Part shown: positions 37,817-46,767 of the stretch, piece by piece
Numbering within the stretch: position 1 is the first letter of the stretch
How the letters are laid out: every line of letters starts with the position of its first letter
Assembly: GCA_013150955.1 (NCBI GenBank)
Contig: JAADJD010000015.1
Location: 362 to 64,361 of the forward strand
Source of the DNA: Calditrichota bacterium
GTDB taxonomy: Bacteria; Calditrichota; Calditrichia; RBG-13-44-9; J042
DNA: 64,000 nt
Direction of reading: 5' to 3'
Program-made: the position numbers and the translations under genes
Notes under the pieces: model-generated
Databases searched by the model: none
What the model saw: the letters and a program-made list of their open reading frames with translations, nothing else
What the model was told of the DNA's origin: nothing

Positions 37817-37994
37817 AACCCAGATTATGCATTAGACCACGAATTGCACGAATTAACACAAATAAAAATAATCAAATACATTAGATCAGATCTGGATGAA
37901 AATTCGAAAATTCGTTTCGAAGTTTATTCACGATATTATTGATATTTTTGGGTTTCATTCGCGTGATTCGCGGTTTAAGGCATTATTTGGGTTT
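37817..37994 (+). repeat. MITE-like element, locus 7 (cleanest single full copy, 178 bp)
   Basis: AACCCAGATTATGCATTAGACCACGAATTGCACGAATTAACAC ... TCTGGATGAAAAT ... GATATTTTTGGGTTTCATTCGCGTGATTCGCGGTTTAAGGCATTATTTGGGTTT. Confidence 0.95.
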
Positions 37995-38018
37995 AATTTA
38001 AAATCCAGGAGCCCGATC

Positions 38019-39041
38019 ATGGCGAAAACGGCACAGCGACAGGGGATAAAAACCGCTCCGCTTGGGGAGCCTTATGTGGGGTTTTGTGTGGTTCGGCGTA
38101 AGGAAATCCGCTATAAACAGGATGGGCGTCCGTATCTGGTATTGGAATTTGGGGATTGGAGCGGCCGGCTGAAAGCGCGCATCTGGGAAAACGTTCAACA
38201 ATGGGATCGGCACATACCCGAAGGAGCCATCGTAAAAATTAAAGCCATTCCCCAGATGTTTAATGACTTAAAGGAATTGAAGGTGCAGAAGATACGCTTG
38301 AAGCGGGAACAGGAGCAAATCGACATTCACCAGCTTTTGCCTTCGGTGAACAAAAATGTTTCGGAATTGAAAAGCCGATTTCACGATCATTTGTTCAGCG
38401 TCCGGCACGGCCATTTACGGCAGCTGCTGGATCGGATTTTTGCGGATGATGGATTCAAAGAACAATATTTCTTAACCCCTGGGGGAAAGCTATGGCACCA
38501 CGTGTACCTGTACGGGATGCTGGATCATGTGGTGGGGATGCTGGAGGTGGCCACGGCACTTTCCAAAGATGATCCCTGGCTTCATATGGATCTGTTAAAA
38601 ACGGGCATTATCTTACACGACATTGGGAAAGTGTGGGAGCTGGATATTTCCCGTGGATTTATTGAGCTTTCCGATCAGGGGCGTTTATTCGGGCATGTTG
38701 TTCGTGGATTTAGTTTTGTCGAACGGCATGTGCGGGAGATGGGTGATTTTCCATCCGAACTCTGGCTCCAGCTGGGGCATATGATTTTGAGCCATCCGGG
38801 GGAGCCCGAAAAAGGCGCCCCCGTCGTTCCCATGACGCGTGAGGCGATGGCTTTATCGTTGATCAATCAACTGGACGGAAATTTAAATGCGTTACAGCGA
38901 ATCCTGCGTGCCGACGTGCCTCCGGGCTCGAAATGGAGTAAGTTCGTGCCCTTACTTGGTCGTTTTATTCACGTAAGTCATCCAGCGGAACAAAATCACC
39001 AGACCGAAGATCAGGAACAAATGCATCTGGGCGATCCATAA
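38019..39041 (+). CDS. OB-fold + HD-domain protein (YhaM/Cbf1-like 3'-5' exoribonuclease family)
   Basis: N-terminal OB-like region (YLVLEFGDWSGRLKARIWE). HD region (HHVYLYGMLDHV, ILHDIGK, GHV). AGGAG RBS before ATG 38019. The ORF-track N-terminal extension runs through the repeat element. Confidence 0.7.
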   Translation: MAKTAQRQGIKTAPLGEPYVGFCVVRRKEIRYKQDGRPYLVLEFGDWSGRLKARIWENVQQWDRHIPEGAIVKIKAIPQMFNDLKELKVQKIRLKREQEQIDIHQLLPSVNKNVSELKSRFHDHLFSVRHGHLRQLLDRIFADDGFKEQYFLTPGGKLWHHVYLYGMLDHVVGMLEVATALSKDDPWLHMDLLKTGIILHDIGKVWELDISRGFIELSDQGRLFGHVVRGFSFVERHVREMGDFPSELWLQLGHMILSHPGEPEKGAPVVPMTREAMALSLINQLDGNLNALQRILRADVPPGSKWSKFVPLLGRFIHVSHPAEQNHQTEDQEQMHLGDP

Positions 39042-39061
39042 AATATTCATCCAACCCTCCC

Positions 39062-39442
39062 TCAGTTTACATACAAACTACGGAAATTTATCCAGCGCTC
39101 CACCATGTGGCGGAAGTTCTTAATCTTGAACGGTTCTTCCAGATAATCCACATTGGGGAACTGTTTTACCTTTCGAGCCAGCTCCTGAGAATTAAAATTG
39201 GAAATTAAAATCACCGGAATCTTCCGGAAACGAGGATCTTTCTTCAATTTTTCCAGAATGGTGATTCCAGAAGTGGGTTTTAGATTGGCATTCAAGATGA
39301 TCAACGATGGCCGATCTTCCTTGATCTGGGACAGTATATGATCCCCCCCATAATTAATGCAAATCTTGTAGCGATAATCGGCCAACAGATCGCGAATCAG
39401 TTTTGCCCGATCTTTGCTGGTTTCAAATACGAGTACCTTCAT
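39062..39442 (-). CDS. Stand-alone response-regulator receiver (CheY-like) protein
   Basis: MKVLVFETSKD.. with a receiver fold pattern (DRPSLIILNANL, KIPVILIS). AGGAG RBS before ATG 39442. Confidence 0.75.
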   Translation of the reverse strand: MKVLVFETSKDRAKLIRDLLADYRYKICINYGGDHILSQIKEDRPSLIILNANLKPTSGITILEKLKKDPRFRKIPVILISNFNSQELARKVKQFPNVDYLEEPFKIKNFRHMVERWINFRSLYVN

Positions 39443-39671
39443 GGTGACGGTTTCTCCTCTTTTTTGGGGTTTCAATCAGCACCTGTGATTGAATAACAGT
39501 GGAAAGAATACTGGGTAAATCGGAAAGCAAGGCATGAAAATCTGGATCCGTGATAATAATGGATGTTTCCGGATCGGTGCCAATAATGAGTTTGTAGTAC
39601 CACTCTTTATCGTCTCGTTTCACCCGAAGCATTTCGATCTTTGTCTGCAGTAAAGACTCTTCCCGAATCAT
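39423..39671 (-). CDS. Hypothetical 82-aa protein
   Basis: ORF with GGGAAGG RBS 8-9 nt upstream. Overlaps the receiver gene start by 20 nt. No motif recognised. Confidence 0.4.
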   Translation of the reverse strand: MIREESLLQTKIEMLRVKRDDKEWYYKLIIGTDPETSIIITDPDFHALLSDLPSILSTVIQSQVLIETPKKRRNRHHEGTRI

Positions 39672-39702
39672 TGTTCAACCTTCCCTTTTTTCCTGGTGTA
39701 TG

Positions 39703-39718
39703 TTCAAGTATTGTGCCA
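39703..39718 (-). promoter_or_regulatory. Sigma-54-like promoter (-24/-12) upstream of the 82-aa ORF/receiver pair
   Basis: Minus strand reads TGGCAC-AATAC-TTGAA (consensus TGGCAC-N5-TTGCW; the -12 GC is GA here), about 31 nt before ATG 39671. An NtrC-type activator is encoded next door. Confidence 0.4.
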
Positions 39719-39867
39719 TTAACAGATTGATGTAAAGTGTTGATTTTGCGTGGGTTGTCGATTGTTTATTGTATCCTGTTGAAAATAATTAACTTAAACT
39801 CTGTTGCTGGTGGGGGAGGTGTTGAAAATACAATCAGGGTGTGGAAACGATTGTAAAAAGTGCAATT

Positions 39868-40171
39868 AAACCCGAATCATGCATTAAGCCGTAAATCCCG
39901 CGAACGAATAAACCCAGATTATTCTTTAGACCACGAATTGCACGAATTAACACAAATAAAAACAATAAAATCCATTGGATTAGATCTGGATGAATATTCG
40001 TTTCGAGGTCTTTTCATGATTTCATTGATATTTATTTGTTTCATTCGCGTGATTCGCGGTTTATTGCATTATTTGGGATAAAAACAAATCCACGAAATCG
40101 GGAATAACCCTCGAAAACCCATTTTCATCCAGTTATTTTCGTGTAATTCGTAGGCTATTGAAAAATCTGGG
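39868..40171. repeat. MITE-like element, locus 8 (extra left arm + full forward copy + partial inverted copy)
   Basis: Extra arm 39868-39909, full copy 39910-40077, reverse-oriented partial copy 40086-40171 (..CATTTTCATCCAG..ATTCGTAGGCTATTG..ATCTGGG). Confidence 0.9.
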
Positions 40172-40186
40172 AAAACGATTGTGAAA

Positions 40187-41533
40187 TTAACCATTCAATT
40201 TGCGCATGAGGGTTCGGTAGTTGATTTTTAATAATTTACAGGCTTCTTTTTTATTCCCCTTCTTCAAATCCAATACCATTTTTACATAAATGCGAGAAAC
40301 TTCCTCCAGGGAGAGCTCATTCGCCAGCGCCTTGTCCAGAAAGTTGTTAGATTCTTCGATAATATCGGGTGGAAGATCCTGAATGTCAATTTGCTGCCGA
40401 TTCAACAAAATCAACCGCTTAATGGTGTTTTCCAGCTCACGGGCATTGCCTTCCCACTGCAAATGGGACAAAAATGCAATCACCCGATTGGTAAATTTGG
40501 GTTTGGGCAGATTGTTCTCCCGGCAGAATTTCTCGGAAAAATATTCCACCATCGCAGGAATGTCGTCCGGGCGTTCCCGGAGGGGCGGAATGTGAATGGG
40601 AATGACGTTAATCCGATAATACAGATCCTCCCGGAATTTCCCTTCTTTGACCATTTCACTGAGGGAATGATTGGTGGCGGAGATCAGCCGGAAATCGACT
40701 TCGATTTCTTTTTCACCCCCCAGTCGATAAAATCGTTTCTCCTCCAGTACCCGAAGCAATTTTCCCTGCAACTCCAGTGGAAGGTCTCCAATTTCATCCA
40801 GAAAGAGGGTGCCTTCGTGAGCCAGTTCGATTTTCCCGCGGGTGGTTTTGGTCGCACCGGTGAATGCCCCCTTTTCGTAGCCAAACAGTTCACTCTCCAG
40901 CAGATGAGCCGGTAGGGCGGCACAGTTGATGGCCACAAAATTCTTATTGTAACGACTGTTTTGCTTAAAGATGTGGCGCGCCACCACCTCTTTACCGACA
41001 CCGGACTCGCCGGTAATCAAGACCGGTTCTTTGCTGTCCTTGATCTGTTCGATAAGCGAAAGAATTTCCTGCATCTGCCGGCTGACGGCCACAATGTCGT
41101 CGTATCGAATATTCTGCCGCAGTTTGGAGCGCAGTTCTTTGTTCTCCCGTTCCAGGCGTTGCATGCGCAGCGCCTGTTTGACCAGGTAGGGCAGTTCTTC
41201 CTCAATGTTTTCCCCTTTGGAAAAATACGAATAGGCTCCCCGCTTCTGTGCCTCCAGCGCGTATTGATGATCCTTAAACGAGGTAACCACAATGATTTGC
41301 CAATCTTTACCCATTTTGATGATTTCGTCCAGCAGATCAAACCCGTCTTTGATGTTGGGGAGCCCCAGATCCAGGATGATCAAATCCGGCTCGAACGAGC
41401 GGCACAGCTCCAGGGCTTCGGTTTTATTGAAGGCCAGTTTAATTTCGTACTCATCACCAATCCATTTTTTGTAGCTTTCGCACCAGATGACATTGTCTTC
41501 CACAATAAGAATTTTGTTGTTTTCCACCGCCAT
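40187..41533 (-). CDS. Sigma-54-dependent response regulator (NtrC family enhancer-binding protein)
   Basis: REC domain (ILIVEDN..DLIILDLGLP), AAA+ sigma-54 interaction domain (GESGVGKE, GAFTGA, ..RLISATN..), C-terminal Fis-type HTH. Confidence 0.9.
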   Translation of the reverse strand: MAVENNKILIVEDNVIWCESYKKWIGDEYEIKLAFNKTEALELCRSFEPDLIILDLGLPNIKDGFDLLDEIIKMGKDWQIIVVTSFKDHQYALEAQKRGAYSYFSKGENIEEELPYLVKQALRMQRLERENKELRSKLRQNIRYDDIVAVSRQMQEILSLIEQIKDSKEPVLITGESGVGKEVVARHIFKQNSRYNKNFVAINCAALPAHLLESELFGYEKGAFTGATKTTRGKIELAHEGTLFLDEIGDLPLELQGKLLRVLEEKRFYRLGGEKEIEVDFRLISATNHSLSEMVKEGKFREDLYYRINVIPIHIPPLRERPDDIPAMVEYFSEKFCRENNLPKPKFTNRVIAFLSHLQWEGNARELENTIKRLILLNRQQIDIQDLPPDIIEESNNFLDKALANELSLEEVSRIYVKMVLDLKKGNKKEACKLLKINYRTLMRKLNG

Positions 41534-41536
41534 GTC

Positions 41537-43570
41537 CTACGAACCCCCTTTTATTAAATAAGGTAACCGGATGTTGAAAATCGTTCCCTTTCCCGGTTTG
41601 CTGGTGACATCGATAAAACCGTTGTGCCGGGTGATGATCTGTTTGACGATTGCCAGCCCCATTCCGGTGCCCCCGTCCTGTTTGTGAGTGGTGAAAAATG
41701 GTTCGAATATCTTGTCCAGATATTCTTCGGGAATGCCTTCCCCTTCGTCCAGAATTTCGATATAAATCCAGGGACTGCGTTTCAGCTTGGTCAAAGGACG
41801 CAGCGGTCGGGTGGTGATTTTTAGTCGCTTTTCGCGGGAATTGCGCATGGCATGGATGCTATTCTCGAAGAGATTGGTGAAAACCCGCCGCATCTGCCCC
41901 ACATCCACCTGGATCTCCGGCAAATCTTCCGAATAATGTTTTTCGATGAGAATGTCCGGGGGAATTTCCACAAGATCCAGGCTCATGTCGATCAGGTGAT
42001 TGATTTTGACTGGCGTCAGTTTTAATTCCTGCGGACGAGCGTAGTTGAGCAGATCCTGCACCAGCTTTTCCATGTACTGAGCATGCTGTTTTAGCCGATC
42101 GTTGTTAGAATTTTCCAGCTTTACGATAGTGATGAAGGATTGAAAATCGTGCGCCAGCTGGGAAGCCAGCATGCCAATCTCGGCCATTTTCTGGGACTGA
42201 ATGGTCTGATGCAGGGTTCGGATGTTTTCCAGGGCAATGCCTACCTGGGTGCTGATTATTTTCAGAAACTGAATCTGACGTTCCGATATCTTGGTCTGTT
42301 TTCGACTGCCACCCAGAAAAACAATGCCCATCAATTCTTTTTTGCCCATGATCGGGAGCACCAGGTAAACGTCCAGCCGATCCAGCAACTGGTAAATAAC
42401 GCTTTCGGGAGCAAAGGAGAATTTGTTGATGACCGTTTTCTGATCTTCCAGCAGTTCCAGAATGGGAGAATGCCCACTTTCCAGCATCTGTTGGAATTGC
42501 GCACGGTCGAAATTGGTGAAGTAGGAAATCTGGTACGGAGGGACATCGTATTGCAGGGTGAGAATCGCGCATTTGTTGAATTGCAGCGTTTCCTGGCAAA
42601 AATCACCCACAAATTTCAACAGGCTTTCCTGATCGATAAACTTGACAATTTCTGAGGAAAACTCCTCAATCTTTTTGTCCAGCCCGGCATCCACATCAAC
42701 TTGAAATTTACGAATCCAGCGAAAGAGCTGCTGGGTGACCAGATGGGAAAGGATGACCGTACCAATAAAAAAGGGAATACTCATCAACAACAGTGGCAGG
42801 CGCTGCGATACGTTCAGATAGTGAAACACCGCCAGGGCAACCAGCAGGAAAAACAGCATTAGCGGCACCAGATATTGGATGCGGCTGTCCGTTTCAATTA
42901 TATAGAAACGCAAAGCACAATAGAATAAAATGAACGGTGGGATTAAATAGGCCAGAAAAATCAGAGGATGCGCCACCGTCCAGTAAGGAAGAATGTAGAG
43001 AATCAGGGTGGAGAGAAAGGTTAGTGGAAATATGGCAACCAGGATTTCGCGAACGTCCTGAATTTCCTGTTTGCGCCGCGACCGCCGATATTTGCTGACA
43101 ATATCCACAAAGATCAGGTAAAATATGAGGAAGTAAAACAGAATGGTCACCCAGTAATAAGAGCTGAACACCGGAAAATAGTACTGTCCGGTAAAGGTAA
43201 TGTCCTCGATCATCAGATTGAGCAGTCCCAGAACCGCGATCAGTGCTGCACCCGAAAAGACCAGTGTATTTTTTAATGACGGACGCGGGATGTTAGTAAA
43301 CAGATCAACGGTCTTGGTCAGGTAAAAAAGGATGGCGATGATGAAACTTTCGGTAATCAGGCGAATTTTTGCAGAAAGATGAGCGGTTTCGGGATTGCGC
43401 GTGTTTAACAGAATGAGGGTAGCCAGCGCGTCGATGCTGACCAAAATGGCAAGGTAAATGTAAATGGAAAAGTAGATTTCCTTTTTCTTCTGGCTGATCA
43501 GGAGCCAGAGCAACAGGATGGGCAGGGCAACGGAGGTTGTCAGTGCAAAATTAATTAACGAAATCAACAT
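41537..43570 (-). CDS. Sensor histidine kinase with multi-TM N-terminal domain and GAF-like region
   Basis: 677 aa with about 7-8 N-terminal TM helices. H-box ASQLAHDF. HATPase N/G boxes (NLFENSIHAM, DEGEGI, GGTGMGLAIV). 3-nt gap to the regulator gene. Confidence 0.85.
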   Translation of the reverse strand: MLISLINFALTTSVALPILLLWLLISQKKKEIYFSIYIYLAILVSIDALATLILLNTRNPETAHLSAKIRLITESFIIAILFYLTKTVDLFTNIPRPSLKNTLVFSGAALIAVLGLLNLMIEDITFTGQYYFPVFSSYYWVTILFYFLIFYLIFVDIVSKYRRSRRKQEIQDVREILVAIFPLTFLSTLILYILPYWTVAHPLIFLAYLIPPFILFYCALRFYIIETDSRIQYLVPLMLFFLLVALAVFHYLNVSQRLPLLLMSIPFFIGTVILSHLVTQQLFRWIRKFQVDVDAGLDKKIEEFSSEIVKFIDQESLLKFVGDFCQETLQFNKCAILTLQYDVPPYQISYFTNFDRAQFQQMLESGHSPILELLEDQKTVINKFSFAPESVIYQLLDRLDVYLVLPIMGKKELMGIVFLGGSRKQTKISERQIQFLKIISTQVGIALENIRTLHQTIQSQKMAEIGMLASQLAHDFQSFITIVKLENSNNDRLKQHAQYMEKLVQDLLNYARPQELKLTPVKINHLIDMSLDLVEIPPDILIEKHYSEDLPEIQVDVGQMRRVFTNLFENSIHAMRNSREKRLKITTRPLRPLTKLKRSPWIYIEILDEGEGIPEEYLDKIFEPFFTTHKQDGGTGMGLAIVKQIITRHNGFIDVTSKPGKGTIFNIRLPYLIKGGS

Positions 43571-43618
43571 ATTGCATCAAAAGCTTCAGATCGCACTGAC
43601 CTTCCCTGGATGAATTGG

Positions 43619-44383
43619 TTATTCCTGATTTTTGGCTTCGTCCCACAGAGCATCCATTTCGTTTAACGATACGTCCTGTAACGTTTTGTTTTGTTCTGCC
43701 AGTTTGCGTTCGATGTATTGAAACCGAGAAACAAACTTGTTAATGGTGTTTCTCAGCGCATCTTCCGCGGTGATCTGATAAAAGCGGCTGAGATTGACCA
43801 GGGAAAACAACAAATCGCCTATTTCTTCTTCCACCTTTTCCCGTGTTTGGGAAGCAATGGCCTGTTCCAGTTCGGCGATTTCTTCACGAATTTTTTCCAG
43901 CACCCCACGGGGATCTTCCCAGTCAAAGCCAACCTGAGCCGCTTTATCCTGTAGCCGCTGAGCCCGGAGTAACGCACAAAGATTGCGTGGAACCCCATCC
44001 AGTACCGACTGTCGATTCTCCTGCCGATATTTGATCTGTTCCCAGTTTTCCTTGACCTGTTCGGCACTCTCCACGGTTACATCCCCGAAAACGTGAGGAT
44101 GCCGCTGGATCAGTTTTTCGTTGATATGCCGGATGACCTCTTCCAGAGTAAACCGCTGGGCTTCCTCGGCAATTTCCGCCTGGAAAACAATTTGTAGTAA
44201 CAGATCCCCCAGTTCCTTTTTAAGCTCTTCCCAATTCTGGTCATCTATGGCTTCTACAGTTTCGTAGGCTTCTTCCAGAATATACTGGCGTAAACTTTCG
44301 GGCGTCTGCTGTCGATCCCAGGGACATTCCTTGCGCAGACGCTTCATAATATCTACCAGTTCGGCAAAGCGTTGGAGATACAT
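43619..44383 (-). CDS. mazG: Nucleoside triphosphate pyrophosphohydrolase MazG
   Basis: 254 aa with the CPWDRQQT motif and tandem MazG EExxE-type helices. Confidence 0.9.
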   Translation of the reverse strand: MYLQRFAELVDIMKRLRKECPWDRQQTPESLRQYILEEAYETVEAIDDQNWEELKKELGDLLLQIVFQAEIAEEAQRFTLEEVIRHINEKLIQRHPHVFGDVTVESAEQVKENWEQIKYRQENRQSVLDGVPRNLCALLRAQRLQDKAAQVGFDWEDPRGVLEKIREEIAELEQAIASQTREKVEEEIGDLLFSLVNLSRFYQITAEDALRNTINKFVSRFQYIERKLAEQNKTLQDVSLNEMDALWDEAKNQE

Positions 44384-44404
44384 GTTTCAAAGACCCCTTT
44401 GTTG

Positions 44405-44536
44405 AATTGTAAAAAATGCAACCGAATTTTTATTAATTTAGCCAAGTTATTCCCCGAAACCAATGAATATTTCGAAAATCCAGTTGCACTTTTTACAAAA
44501 ATCGGAATTTGATGAAAGATTGCATTTTTTACAATT
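44405..44536. repeat. 132-bp segment bounded by a perfect 17-bp inverted repeat
   Basis: AATTGTAAAAAATGCAA (44405-44421) and TTGCATTTTTTACAATT (44520-44536), in the mazG upstream region. Confidence 0.6.
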
Positions 44537-44542
44537 GCCATC

Positions 44543-44775
44543 AGCCCGGATACTGCATTAAACCCAAATAATGTGTTAAACCGCGAATCACGCGAATGAA
44601 GCCAGAAAATATCTGCAAAATCGCGAATTAACCCTGGAACCCATTTTCATCCAGATATCATCCAATGGATTTTATTGTTTTTATTCGTTTTCATTCGTGT
44701 CATTCGTAGGCTAATGCATAATCTGGGGGGATTTGTGTTCATTCGAGTCATTCGTAGTATCATGCACAAACTGGG
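44543..44775 (-). repeat. MITE-like element, locus 9 (reverse orientation, extra arms)
   Basis: AACCCAAATAATGTGTTAAACCGCGAATCACGCGAATGAAGCC ... CATTTTCATCCAGA ... ATTCGTAGGCTAATGCATAATCTGGG, plus an additional arm ending at 44775. Confidence 0.9.
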
Positions 44776-44836
44776 ATAAAGCCAATCGGGGAAGTATTGG
44801 AACGGTGATGGTATCGAAGAAAGGGGATTGGTTGCG

Positions 44837-45595
44837 CTATTGCTTTTGCCGTTGGCGGAGGCATTCGGCAAGGGCGATGCCAGCGGCCACCGAGGCATTC
44901 AGGGAGTTGGTTTTGCCAATGCGGGGAATGAAGAAGAGCTGATCACAATTTTTTTCTACCAGTGGACGCATTCCGTGTTCTTCATTGCCGATGACGATCA
45001 CACATTTTCGGGTAAAATCGACTGTCCATAGAGGAGTCGTGCTATTCACGTGGCTGCCATAGATCCAGTAGTCTTCTTCCTTTAAGCGTTGAATGGCCTG
45101 TACCAGGTTGGACACTTTGCATATGAGAAGATGAAACAGCGCCCCGGCAGAGGTTTTAATCACCGTTTCATTCAATGGGACATTTTCGCGGGGGGAGTAA
45201 ATGACTCCATCGGCACCCAGAAATTCGCTGCTGCGCAGGATGGCTCCCATATTGTGGGGATCCTGAATGCGATCCAGCATGACCACGCAGGGCGGATGAT
45301 CGACATCTCTTAATTGATCCAGAAAGGTGTCCAGGTCAAGGGTGGTTACGGGCGAAATAATGGCCGCTACGCCCTGGTGATTTACCGCTCCGGTGAGGGA
45401 CTCCAGCTTCCTGCGGTCGACGCGGGTAACGGGAATACCCCGACGCCTGGCTTCCCGGGAGATGAAATCGATTTTTCCCCCTTTGAGGTGATGGAGCAGA
45501 TAAATCTTCTCAATGGGTTGATGTTCTCGCAATGCCTCGATGAGGGGATTCCGTCCATAAATCAGCAGCGATGTGGATTCGTCGCGGTGATTCAT
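44837..45595 (-). CDS. rlmB: 23S rRNA (guanosine-2'-O-)-methyltransferase RlmB (SpoU/TrmH family)
   Basis: SpoU motifs (DRIQDPHNMGAILRS, VIGNEEHGM, SLNASVAAGIAL). ATG 45595 overlaps the larC stop as ATGA. Confidence 0.85.
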   Translation of the reverse strand: MNHRDESTSLLIYGRNPLIEALREHQPIEKIYLLHHLKGGKIDFISREARRRGIPVTRVDRRKLESLTGAVNHQGVAAIISPVTTLDLDTFLDQLRDVDHPPCVVMLDRIQDPHNMGAILRSSEFLGADGVIYSPRENVPLNETVIKTSAGALFHLLICKVSNLVQAIQRLKEEDYWIYGSHVNSTTPLWTVDFTRKCVIVIGNEEHGMRPLVEKNCDQLFFIPRIGKTNSLNASVAAGIALAECLRQRQKQ

Positions 45596-46767
45596 TTGTG
45601 CGATAGCAGAAATTGGGTCAGTTCCTGGTAGACTTCCCACAGGGGACGTTTACTGATCCGGGCAATCCGCTTGCACTCTTCGAATTCCGGCACCAATCGT
45701 TCCCTGCCGTTAATGATGACTTTTTTCACCTGAATGTTTCCCCAGGGAGAGTGCAAAGTTAACACTTCGCGGGGCAGTTTTTCCCGGTATACCGGAAAAT
45801 AGCGAAAACCGATCGTGCTGGTTTCAGTAAACAGGATATCCCTCACCTCCGGCAGCAAAGCCGTATCGCAAATGATGGACACCAGCACTCCGGGACGTCC
45901 CTTTTTCATGATGTTGGGGTAAAACGATACGTCCTGCACCCCACACTCAAAGAGTCGTTCCATCAGGTAAGGATAAACTTCGGGATTCAGGTCGTCGATG
46001 TTGGTTTCGATCTGAAGGGCGGTTTCGGTCTGGCTGGCCATTTGAAACTCTCCCAGCCAGACGCGCAAAAAATTGGGTAACTCGAGAAGGTCGCGGGAAC
46101 CCAGGCCATATCCGATTTGCTGAATCTGGAAAGATCGGCCGGTGGGAAGAGGCCCCTGCGAAATGTGTGCGATTAACGCGGCACCCGTCGGGGTGACCAG
46201 CTCGGCTTCCACATCCAGGTAATGGAGCGTTTGGTTTTTTAACAGGGCAAGGGTTGCCGGTGCCGGTACCGGTAGTTTCCCATGGGCCGCATCCACATAT
46301 CCCCGGCTCATGGGAATGGGTGAGTGGTAAACCGATTGGGGCTGTAAATATTCCAGACAAATGAAGGTGCTGACAATGTCCACGATCGAATCCACTGCAC
46401 CGACCTCATGGAAATGCACCCGATCGGGGGTCGTTGCATGGATTTGTGCCTCGGCCTGAGCCAGACGCTCAAATACCTGGATGGCGTTGGTCGTCACGTA
46501 TTCGCTTAATGAGCTATTTACCAGCAGTTGGCGAATGTCATCCAGGTGCCGATGGGGTTCTTCTTTCCGGGTGTCCGTGTGGACAATGAATCGTTTTCCC
46601 GAAATGTGATGCCGGGTCTCCTCTCTTAATTCCAGCCGGTAGCCGTCCAGCGGAAGTTTATTTAACGCCTTTTCCAATTCGGAAAAGGGAACCAGACCAT
46701 CCAGCAAGCTACCGACCAGCATGTCCCCACTAATTCCGCCAATGCATTCGATATATAAAAATTTCAT
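45592..46767 (-). CDS. larC: LarC-family nickel insertion protein (DUF111)
   Basis: MKFLYIECIGGISGDM N-terminus typical of DUF111/LarC. ATG 46767 overlaps the upstream stop as ATGA. Confidence 0.8.
   Translation of the reverse strand: MKFLYIECIGGISGDMLVGSLLDGLVPFSELEKALNKLPLDGYRLELREETRHHISGKRFIVHTDTRKEEPHRHLDDIRQLLVNSSLSEYVTTNAIQVFERLAQAEAQIHATTPDRVHFHEVGAVDSIVDIVSTFICLEYLQPQSVYHSPIPMSRGYVDAAHGKLPVPAPATLALLKNQTLHYLDVEAELVTPTGAALIAHISQGPLPTGRSFQIQQIGYGLGSRDLLELPNFLRVWLGEFQMASQTETALQIETNIDDLNPEVYPYLMERLFECGVQDVSFYPNIMKKGRPGVLVSIICDTALLPEVRDILFTETSTIGFRYFPVYREKLPREVLTLHSPWGNIQVKKVIINGRERLVPEFEECKRIARISKRPLWEVYQELTQFLLSHK

Noticed and set aside
39845-40182. 10-bp direct repeat AAACGATTGT (39845-39854 and 40173-40182) as a target-site duplication of repeat locus 8
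   Set aside because: The left copy is 13 nt away from the element end, not flush with it. A third CGATTGT occurs at about 39759, so these look more like a recurring local motif (possible activator sites) than a TSD.
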